A DNA stretch of 64,000 nt from Patescibacteria group bacterium (GTDB lineage: Bacteria > Patescibacteriota > Patescibacteriia > PEXW01), in contig JBAZBR010000003.1 of the NCBI GenBank assembly GCA_041671325.1, forward strand, positions 132,506 through 196,505, given 5' to 3'. A program made the position numbers and the translations under genes. The notes beneath the pieces are model-generated. The model was given only the letters and a program-made list of their open reading frames with translations, was not told the origin of the DNA and did not search any database. This document shows positions 54,027 through 61,990 of the stretch, piece after piece (within the stretch, counting starts at the first letter, position 1; every line of letters begins with the position of its first letter).

Positions 54027-55544
54027 ATGTCTACAACGATTTTGTCCGCTACTACTTTTGGCATCGAAGGCAGGACGGTTAAGGTTGAAGCCGATACCCA
54101 GTTTGGTTTGCCGAATTTCATGGTGGTCGGCCTGCCAGATGTGGCAGTCCAAGAAGCCAGGGAAAGAGTCAGGTCAGCCATCAAGGCGGCCGGTTTTGAA
54201 TTTTATCGGCATAAAATAACCGTCAATTTAGCGCCAGCTGACTTAAAAAAAGCCGGTCCGGGCTTTGATTTGCCAATAGCCATAGCTCTATTGGTCCAGA
54301 CCCAGCAATTACCAATTGAGTTGTGTGATAACCTATATTTTATTGGTGAATTGGGCCTAGATGCCAGTTTGCGGCCAGTTAGGGGCGCTTTAGCCTTAGC
54401 CCGAGTAGCTAAGCATATGCAGGCCCGGGCTTGCGTAGTGCCTTTTGCAAATGGCCCAGAAGCCGCTTTGGTTGAGGGCTTAAAAGTCATTGCGCCGAAA
54501 ACCATGCCAGAATTAATTGCGCATTTGACTAAGACAAAATTGCTTGATGAAGTTAAAGCTTCAAAGCCAAAGCGGACAGAATATGAGACTTTAGACTTTT
54601 CTTTTATCCGCGGCCAAACCCAGGCTAAAAGGGCCATGGAAATTGCGGCGGCCGGCGGGCATAACATCCTTTTAGTCGGCCCGCCAGGCAGCGGCAAAAC
54701 CATACTCGCCAGGAGCCTGCCTTCAATTTTGCCAGAATTGAATTATGAGGAAGCTTTGGAAGTCACCACTATCCATAGTATTGGCGGGATTTTGGCAAAC
54801 GACGCGCCTTTGCAATTAACCCGGCCCTTCCGCACGCCGCACCATACCACTTCGACTGTTGCCTTGGTTGGCGGCGGTTCAACGCCCAAGCCTGGCGAAG
54901 TGTCTTTGGCGCATCATGGGGTTTTGTATTTGGATGAGTTGCCGGAATTTCCAAGGCAGGCTTTGGAAGCTTTGAGGCAGCCTTTGGAAGACGGCGTGGT
55001 TACGGTTTCCCGGGCTAGTCAAACCCTGAAGTTTCCAGCCTGCTTTACCTTGGTTGCCAGCCAGAATCCCTGTCCCTGCGGTTTTCGGGGTGATCCAAAA
55101 AAAAATTGCATTTGCAGCCCGGCGAATTTGATAAAATACGAAAGGAAAATTTCTGGGCCTTTATTGGACCGGATTGATTTGCATATCCAGGTTGCCAGCC
55201 AGAATTTCAAAACTTTGAGGCTGGATGGCGAAAAGTCTGAAAACTCAAAAGCAATCCGAAAAAGAGTGGTAATGGCCAGGAGGCTTCAGAATAAAAGGTT
55301 TAGGTTAGAAAAAATTTCCACCAATTCCCAAATGCACCCTAAATTAGTCGCTAAGCATTGTGGGTTGGATGCAGCCAGCCAAGCCTTGGTTCAGCAGGCG
55401 GTTGACCAAATGCATCTGTCTGCCCGAGGTTATGTTCGGGTTCTAAAGGTTGCCAGGACAATTGCGGATCTAGAAAATTCCGAAAAAATTTTACTGCCTC
55501 ATTTAGCTGAGGCTTTGCAATACCGCAACCAGCCGAATTATTAG
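54027..55544 (+). CDS. comM: YifB/ComM family Mg-chelatase-like AAA+ ATPase
   Basis: N-terminal ILSATTFGIEGRTVKVEADT...GLPDVAVQEARERVRSAI, Walker A GPPGSGKT, and a C-terminal Mg-chelatase domain. Confidence 0.85.
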   Translation: MSTTILSATTFGIEGRTVKVEADTQFGLPNFMVVGLPDVAVQEARERVRSAIKAAGFEFYRHKITVNLAPADLKKAGPGFDLPIAIALLVQTQQLPIELCDNLYFIGELGLDASLRPVRGALALARVAKHMQARACVVPFANGPEAALVEGLKVIAPKTMPELIAHLTKTKLLDEVKASKPKRTEYETLDFSFIRGQTQAKRAMEIAAAGGHNILLVGPPGSGKTILARSLPSILPELNYEEALEVTTIHSIGGILANDAPLQLTRPFRTPHHTTSTVALVGGGSTPKPGEVSLAHHGVLYLDELPEFPRQALEALRQPLEDGVVTVSRASQTLKFPACFTLVASQNPCPCGFRGDPKKNCICSPANLIKYERKISGPLLDRIDLHIQVASQNFKTLRLDGEKSENSKAIRKRVVMARRLQNKRFRLEKISTNSQMHPKLVAKHCGLDAASQALVQQAVDQMHLSARGYVRVLKVARTIADLENSEKILLPHLAEALQYRNQPNY

Positions 55545-55601
55545 TTGACGAAAAGTGAAAAAAATGCTACAATTACATAGTAAAAATAAAAAGTCAAAAC
55601 C

Positions 55602-57017
55602 ATGCAAATTGAAGTTTTAAATGAACTCGAAAAACAAGAGCGGCAAAAACGGCTACAATGGTCAGTTGTTATCCGTTATATTGTGATATTCATAATTGTC
55701 TTTTTGTCTTGGTTATGTTCATTATTTGGCGTTTCCTTTTACTTGCCCGGAATTCTTTTTTCAGTTTCTTTAGCTTTGGCTTTTAACCTGATTTTAAGTT
55801 ACATCTACAGCCAAAAAGCAGTCAGGCCATTTTGGCCTTATCTGGGTATTGTGGTCGACATGTTGGTTATCACCACTATTGTCCATTTTACCGGTGGTAT
55901 AACTAGCGTATTTTTACCCCTGTACCTGTTGCAAATAGTCGGAACTAATGTGCAATTTTCCAGGCTAGCAGGCCCGATAAACTTTTTCATCGGCACTTTG
56001 CTTTTTGCCATATTATTTACCTTGGAAGATCAGGGTATTATGGTGCATTACACTCCTTTTCCAATTGCCCCGGACTTGCACCAGAATTACGCTTTTATTG
56101 CGGCCACGGGCCTGACCTTAGTTGTTTTAATGGCGGTTTCAACTTATCGCTCTGGTTATGTGGTTAGAAGTTTGGAGAAAGTTGAAACGGAATTGGCCAA
56201 AGTTAACGAAGATTTATTGAGAGCCAATAAAGCTTTTCAAATTGCCAATCAAAGGCTTAAGGATTTAGATGTTCTTAAAACCGAATTTATCTCAGTCGCT
56301 AGCCATCAATTACGGACACCCTTGTCTGCTATCAAGTGGTCATTAAAAATGCTTTTAGACAAAGATTTGGGACCAATAAACGATGAACAAGAAGAGTTAA
56401 TTAAAAAAGGATACCAAAGCAATGAACGCATGATAAACATGATTAATGATTTATTAGATGTCTCCAGAATCGAAGAAGGCAGAATGTCGTATTTGTTCGT
56501 TGAACAATCAATTGACCCAATTTTAATTGAACTGATTGAAGAGCAGCAGCATTTTGCAAGAGATAAAAAAATTGAAATTGATTTTAACTCAGATAAAAAG
56601 CGTTCAGCTTTAGTCAAGGTAGATACCCAAAAAATTCATCTTGCCCTTCAAAATATTTTGGATAATTCCATAAAATACACGCCTTTGGGCGGAAAGATTA
56701 ATATCAAATCAAAAATGGAAAAAGAAGAGTTGGTAATAAGCATTTCAGATACTGGGGTTGGCATCCCAGTAAACCAGCAAGCCCGAATATTTTCCAAATT
56801 TTTCCGGGGTGATAATGTTATGCGGATGCAAACCGAGGGAACAGGTTTGGGCTTATTTATCGCCAAAAATATTATTGAAAAGCATCATGGCCGAATTTGG
56901 TTTGAAAGCCATGAAGGCAAAGGTACAACCTTTTACGCAGCCTTACCCTTACCAAAAGGCAAAGTCTTGGCCAATGAATACAGCGAAGAGTTTGAACACG
57001 CCTTACAAAATTTTTAA
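55602..57017 (+). CDS. Sensor histidine kinase (multi-TM sensor + HisKA + HATPase_c)
   Basis: H-box SHQLRTPLSAIKW, N-box, and G-boxes DTGVGIP / GTGLGLFIAKNIIEKHHGRIWFES. Confidence 0.85.
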   Translation: MQIEVLNELEKQERQKRLQWSVVIRYIVIFIIVFLSWLCSLFGVSFYLPGILFSVSLALAFNLILSYIYSQKAVRPFWPYLGIVVDMLVITTIVHFTGGITSVFLPLYLLQIVGTNVQFSRLAGPINFFIGTLLFAILFTLEDQGIMVHYTPFPIAPDLHQNYAFIAATGLTLVVLMAVSTYRSGYVVRSLEKVETELAKVNEDLLRANKAFQIANQRLKDLDVLKTEFISVASHQLRTPLSAIKWSLKMLLDKDLGPINDEQEELIKKGYQSNERMINMINDLLDVSRIEEGRMSYLFVEQSIDPILIELIEEQQHFARDKKIEIDFNSDKKRSALVKVDTQKIHLALQNILDNSIKYTPLGGKINIKSKMEKEELVISISDTGVGIPVNQQARIFSKFFRGDNVMRMQTEGTGLGLFIAKNIIEKHHGRIWFESHEGKGTTFYAALPLPKGKVLANEYSEEFEHALQNF

Positions 57018-57023
57018 AAATTT

Positions 57024-57755
57024 ATGGCTTTACAAGTTTCCACTATAATCGATCTAACTAATGCCGGGGTGACTGGTTATTTGGCTTTTCGGCTGTATTC
57101 AGCCTTTGTGCAAAACCCCAAAAGCCAAACCCTTAAGAACTTTTTTTACCTGTATAGCATGTTGGCCATTGCCTACATTTTTCTTTTCGTGCCGAGGATT
57201 ATTGCCAGCGACCAAACAAGGTTTTTAGGTTATAGTTTTGCGGTTGGGAACTGCTTTTTTTTGATTGCCGCGGCTTTTTATGGCAAGATAATCCTTTTTT
57301 TCACCAAACCACAGTGGGCCAAAAAGTTTTTTGTAATTTTTTTAATATTAACCGGCATTGGTTTAGTCAGGGCTTTTTATGAGCCGGCAAAACCGTTTGT
57401 TGATTCAACTACGGGCATTACCAATTGGAATGTTGATCTGGCTTTAGGAATTTATTATGGCATCATGATTTTGGCCATATTAATTCCTGGGATAATTTTC
57501 TTTTTAACAAGGGGGATTCAGGCCAAAACCAACCACGTGGTCAGGATACGTTCAAATACCATTGCCATTGGCACAATATTATTGATATTTACGGTAATAA
57601 CTTTTTATTTAGCCAACACTGAGACTTTGGCCATACTTGGCGATTTATTTTCGGTAGCAGCTTTGCTTACCGTATTTTTAGGGGTAATATATCATCGTCC
57701 CAAACCAATACCCCAGATTATGCCAAACAATTCATTAAATAATCCAAAAGAATAA
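57024..57755 (+). CDS. hypothetical polytopic membrane protein (243 aa, about 7 TM)
   Basis: Seven hydrophobic segments; lies between the kinase and the response regulator. Confidence 0.5.
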   Translation: MALQVSTIIDLTNAGVTGYLAFRLYSAFVQNPKSQTLKNFFYLYSMLAIAYIFLFVPRIIASDQTRFLGYSFAVGNCFFLIAAAFYGKIILFFTKPQWAKKFFVIFLILTGIGLVRAFYEPAKPFVDSTTGITNWNVDLALGIYYGIMILAILIPGIIFFLTRGIQAKTNHVVRIRSNTIAIGTILLIFTVITFYLANTETLAILGDLFSVAALLTVFLGVIYHRPKPIPQIMPNNSLNNPKE

Positions 57756-57759
57756 TTTT

Positions 57760-58581
57760 ATGCCAAGCCGACATATCGTCATAATCGAAGATGAAGACAT
57801 ATTAAGGGAAGTTTTGGTTAAGAAATTTATCCACGAAGGCTTTCGCGTTGATTCGGCAACTAATGGCGAAGATGGCTTGGCCCTAATCCAGTCAGCCAGG
57901 CCAGACGTAGTTTTACTGGATATCTTAATGCCAAAAATGAATGGTTATGAAGTATTAAAAAATTTACAGGCCACGGGCGATAAATTGCCGCCAATTATCA
58001 TAATTTCAAATTCCGGGCAGCCAATTGAAGTGGATAAAGCCGTAAGTTTGGGCGCCATAGATTTTATAATTAAAGCCCAAATAACCCCTGAAGAAGTTTA
58101 CTTAAAGGTTAATAAAATTTTTGAGCCAAAAATTCAAAAACCAAAGACCCAAGTTCAAAACGATGAAAGCCAAGAAGCAGACACGAAAATTTCAAAAAAA
58201 AGCAATGGAGAGTATAGGATTTTATTGGTTGAGGATGACCAATTTTTAAGGGATTTACTGGCAGGCAAATTAAAAAGAGAGGGCTTTGATGTGACTGCTT
58301 GTGTCGACGGCCAAGAAGGTTTGAGGACAATCCAGAAACAAAAGCCAGATTTAGTCTTATTGGATATTATCTTGCCAGGGTTGGATGGTTTTAATGTTTT
58401 GCAGCAAGTTCGTTTTTCCGCTGATAAGCAAGTATCAGAAGTGCCAATAGTCCTTTTATCAAACCTCGGTCAAGATTCTGACGTGGCTAAAGGCAAAAAA
58501 TTAGGGGCCAATGACTATTTAATCAAGGCAAATTTAACGATTGACGATATCATTAAGAAAATCAGGAAATTTTTGAAATAA
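57760..58581 (+). CDS. Response regulator with two tandem receiver (REC) domains and no output domain
   Basis: IVIIEDEDILREVL...VVLLDILMPKMNGYEVL and ILLVEDDQFLRDLL...LVLLDIILPGLDGFNVL, each with Asp acceptor-site context. Confidence 0.8.
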   Translation: MPSRHIVIIEDEDILREVLVKKFIHEGFRVDSATNGEDGLALIQSARPDVVLLDILMPKMNGYEVLKNLQATGDKLPPIIIISNSGQPIEVDKAVSLGAIDFIIKAQITPEEVYLKVNKIFEPKIQKPKTQVQNDESQEADTKISKKSNGEYRILLVEDDQFLRDLLAGKLKREGFDVTACVDGQEGLRTIQKQKPDLVLLDIILPGLDGFNVLQQVRFSADKQVSEVPIVLLSNLGQDSDVAKGKKLGANDYLIKANLTIDDIIKKIRKFLK

Positions 58582-58623
58582 AAAAGACCTAAGCCATAAT
58601 CAATCCAGGCTGCGGTTTATAAT

Positions 58624-59904
58624 TTAAAGATAGCTTAGCGGATTTCTTTTCCCGCCATTTTGCATTACTTCAAAATGCAGGTGTGTACCAGTTGACCGGC
58701 CGGTTGAACCGACCATGCCGATTGTTTGACCGCGTTTTACCGATTGGCCAGCCCTGACGAATATTTTACTGGCATGGCCATACAAGGTTTCCCGACCGGC
58801 GCCATGGTTAATTATAATATGGAAGCCATAGCCATAGCGGGCATAAATTACGCTTTCTACCACCCCGCTGTCGGCGGCGTAAATTGGGCTTGAATAATCG
58901 CCATCTATATCCACGCCAGTGTGCCTATATTTATAATATTGGTTAATTCTTCGGCTAATAGTGGGCCATTGCAAACGGGCGCCTGGCACGACTCGGGCGG
59001 GTGCCGGGATATTGAAAATAGCGAATTTGCGGGTTGCAGAAGTGCTGGGTTGGATTGGTTGGACTGCAGGTTCTATGCTGCCGCCAGGAATGATTAATTC
59101 TTCCCCAGCATTTAAGGCTTCACCGCTGGCTAAGCGATTAAAGGCTAAGATTTTTTCTGAATCCGCCTTATATTTTGTAGCGATTTTTTTAATTGTTTCA
59201 CCGGATTTAATGGTATGGATAACGCCGTCGATTGGCAAAATTGTTAATTTTTGGCCGGGTTTAATATAATCAGCCTCGCTTAAATTATTGGCCCATAAAA
59301 TTGTTTCCGTGCTAATGCTGAATTGCTGGGCGATTGAACTTATTGTGTCACCGCCTTCAACAATGTAATACCTGACTTCTTCAGAACTATCTTCGCTTGT
59401 ACCGCCACTGCCTAAAGCCAGCTGCTGCTCGGGGTTATTTTCTGAAGTTGAATCAGCTACCGGCCTGGCAGCAATATTCAAAGTTGGGGTCAAGGCCAAT
59501 TTTTGTTCCTTGTTAATTTGGGTTGCAGGGCCTTCGATTATTTCCAAATCCTCAGAAGGATCGCCTGGGAAAATATTGGCAAAAATGCTTTTTCGGCCGA
59601 AGGTTGCTGGATCAGAACTTTGGGCCTGGACATTGTTAAAAGCGATAAGCATAGCCACGATTGCGACCAAGGCTGTGACCGTGTTTCGGTGGAAAATAAA
59701 ATAGGCCCAGCGGTTTTTTGTCGGCGCGATTATTTTATTGAGCTTACTTTTGAAAAGCCGGTAGAGGCGGTAAAGCGGCCGTAATATGATTAGCCAAATC
59801 AAACGTCCCAACCATTTAAATGGCGTCAATAGCAATAGGATTATCTTTCCCAAACCCATTAATATTGAACCAAGAAAATTCAATATTTTTATGAGTGAGC
59901 TCAA
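58624..59904 (-). CDS. LysM-domain M23-family metallopeptidase (cell-wall hydrolase)
   Basis: Two LysM repeats (YYIVEGGDTISSIAQQF..., HTIKSGETIKKIATKY...) and an M23 motif HTGVDI...GHASK...GSTGRSTGTHLHFEV. N-terminal TM. Confidence 0.85.
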   Translation of the reverse strand: MSSLIKILNFLGSILMGLGKIILLLLTPFKWLGRLIWLIILRPLYRLYRLFKSKLNKIIAPTKNRWAYFIFHRNTVTALVAIVAMLIAFNNVQAQSSDPATFGRKSIFANIFPGDPSEDLEIIEGPATQINKEQKLALTPTLNIAARPVADSTSENNPEQQLALGSGGTSEDSSEEVRYYIVEGGDTISSIAQQFSISTETILWANNLSEADYIKPGQKLTILPIDGVIHTIKSGETIKKIATKYKADSEKILAFNRLASGEALNAGEELIIPGGSIEPAVQPIQPSTSATRKFAIFNIPAPARVVPGARLQWPTISRRINQYYKYRHTGVDIDGDYSSPIYAADSGVVESVIYARYGYGFHIIINHGAGRETLYGHASKIFVRAGQSVKRGQTIGMVGSTGRSTGTHLHFEVMQNGGKRNPLSYL

Positions 59905-60052
59905 GAAAATTTTTATGACTCGATCGCTAATAAGTTAAGCTTTAATCATAAATAGCCACCACGTCTCATATTATAAAAAATCCCTAGGGAATAATAGAGA
60001 TTGATGAATTTCCAAACTAACATGCAGGCGTTTTTATGTCAAGCCACATTTT

Positions 60053-60081
60053 GGTTTTTTGGCTAATCTAAGGCAAAAAAA
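60053..60081 (+). promoter_or_regulatory. Conserved 28-nt motif GGTTTTT(T)GGCTAATCTAAGGCAAAAAAA, copy 1 (upstream of the radical SAM gene), next to a TTGACA promoter element
   Basis: Near-identical copy at 61923-61951, upstream of leuS. Confidence 0.5.
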
Positions 60082-60206
60082 TTGAGGTATTCATTGACAG
60101 AATAATTGGAATCTATTAGTGTATCATCGGTTCCCATGAGAGCCGCGGTGGCACTCAGTTTGAAGTTCGAAACAAGTTCATTGATAAAAGATTAAGGAGT
60201 GGAAAG

Positions 60207-61202
60207 GTGTTTTTAAAATTGCCCGAACTACGCGTGACAGTTAACTCGCGATGTGAGCGCGCGTGTTTCTTCTGTCGTTACTCAGGAGAGGGGGTCGAAA
60301 CGCCAGCGATGGCAGAGTTGGATATTAGGACAGTACTTACCGTTGTTAAGATATGTGAGAGTTTTGGTGTTTCCTATGTGAAGCTTACTGGCGGTGATCC
60401 TGCGCTTTGGCAACCACTTGTGGATTGTGTAAGAGTAATCAAAGAACAGACAGCATGCCGTGTTGAGGTCATTTCTCGCCATCCTAAGATCGCGGCATAT
60501 GCACATCTTCTCGCTCAAGCAGGGGTGGATATGCTGAATATAAGCATTGATACTCTCGATCCGACTTTGCACCGCAAGATCACGGGCGTAAACGACTTGG
60601 ATGGCATCTTAGATGCACTCAAGGCATGTGTGAATACCGGCGTATCTTGTAAAGTTAATATGGTCGTACTCGCAGGCATCAATGATCACGAGATTGATGC
60701 TCTTATCTCGTTCAGTGATTCTCTTGGAGTTAAGGTGGTTAAGCTTCTTGATCTCATGACAGACATTGAGGACGGAACGGAAACTTTCGTACAACGGATG
60801 CATCTACTCGGATTCGGTTCGTTGCGTGAGGTTTATTTACCGTTGCAGAGCATTGCAAGTAGGTTGAAAAAGCGAGCGGTCGGTGAACGTAGGTTTCTAC
60901 AATTAGGAGGCCTCGGTAATCCTATGCTCAGTTTCACGATGCCATCTGGAATGGATGTGGTGATCAAAGACCACCACGCCGGTGCGTGGTACGGTTCTAT
61001 CTGTAAGGGATGTAAGTACTATCCGTGCAGTTCGGCTCTTATGGCACTTCGTCTTACAGCCGATATGCGTTTGCAGTACTGTCTATTTCGGGAAGATCTC
61101 TGTATCGACATAAAATTAATTAAGGCTAAAAGCCTTTGCAATATTATCGCCGATGTGCTTCAGGTGTACGACCAAGCCATTTTTCATGCCTGTCCCGAAT
61201 AA
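60207..61202 (+). CDS. Radical SAM protein, MoaA (GTP 3',8-cyclase)-like
   Basis: CERACFFC (CxxxCxxC) in LRVTVNSRCERACFFCRY, resembling the MoaA N-terminus. GC-rich relative to neighbours. Confidence 0.65.
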   Translation: MFLKLPELRVTVNSRCERACFFCRYSGEGVETPAMAELDIRTVLTVVKICESFGVSYVKLTGGDPALWQPLVDCVRVIKEQTACRVEVISRHPKIAAYAHLLAQAGVDMLNISIDTLDPTLHRKITGVNDLDGILDALKACVNTGVSCKVNMVVLAGINDHEIDALISFSDSLGVKVVKLLDLMTDIEDGTETFVQRMHLLGFGSLREVYLPLQSIASRLKKRAVGERRFLQLGGLGNPMLSFTMPSGMDVVIKDHHAGAWYGSICKGCKYYPCSSALMALRLTADMRLQYCLFREDLCIDIKLIKAKSLCNIIADVLQVYDQAIFHACPE

Positions 61203-61254
61203 TCAGTGGTTAATCACCACTTAGGTATTTAAGAAGAGAGGAACACTTAAAGCC

Positions 61255-61755
61255 TTATTCATTTATGAGTGAGTGAGGCTTTTTCAAATGTTCTATAGCT
61301 TTTTGCAGGATTTTTAACATTGATCCAATCATGCACATAGAATCAATTTGCGCTAAATCTTCAATATCCCACCAGATATATCGTGAATGTTCTTCCGAAA
61401 GTTGCACGTGATTGTTAGTTAGTTCAGTTAAAAAATTGAATTGCCGCGCTTTTTTTCCATCAGGTGATATGGCATCGAAAGACCCGATGTATTCATGTAT
61501 TTTTGCTACTTTTAAATTTGTTTCTTCAAATAATTCTCGTTCCACGCCCCGGAGAATATTCTCGTCGGCTTTAAGGTTACCGCCGGGTATTTCTATATAG
61601 CCTGGGAGAAAATCGTCGCGTGAAGATCGTTCAACAAGCAAAATTTTTTTATGAAAAATTGGTATTGCTCCAACGAGTATCCTTTCAATACCATCGGATT
61701 CAGCTTGTTGTTTTAATTTTTCTGCGAATTGTTGGAGTTCAAATCTTTGTTCCAT
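61255..61755 (-). CDS. NUDIX hydrolase
   Basis: Nudix box GGNLKADENILRGVERELFEETNL. Confidence 0.85.
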   Translation of the reverse strand: MEQRFELQQFAEKLKQQAESDGIERILVGAIPIFHKKILLVERSSRDDFLPGYIEIPGGNLKADENILRGVERELFEETNLKVAKIHEYIGSFDAISPDGKKARQFNFLTELTNNHVQLSEEHSRYIWWDIEDLAQIDSMCMIGSMLKILQKAIEHLKKPHSLINE

Positions 61756-61922
61756 AAGTAAGTATGTGTTGTAAAAGTTTTATTTAGTAGTCAAACTCGG
61801 GTTGGTAATACGAATCTGTTGGTCGTGGTTTTGGAATAAACACCTTATTGTATTCAAATATAACAAATGCTTATCATTTTGTCAGCCTGCCGTAAGCATG
61901 TGTTGTTAGGGCTAATTTTTCG

Positions 61923-61951
61923 GTTTTTGGCTAATCTAAGGCAAAAAAAAT
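61923..61951 (+). promoter_or_regulatory. Conserved 28-nt motif copy 2, followed by promoter TTGAAA - 17 nt - TAAATT upstream of leuS
   Basis: GGTTTTTGGCTAATCTAAGGCAAAAAAAA. Confidence 0.5.
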
Positions 61952-61990
61952 CTTGAAAAAAGCCTGGATATTTGGTAAATTGTATTGACA

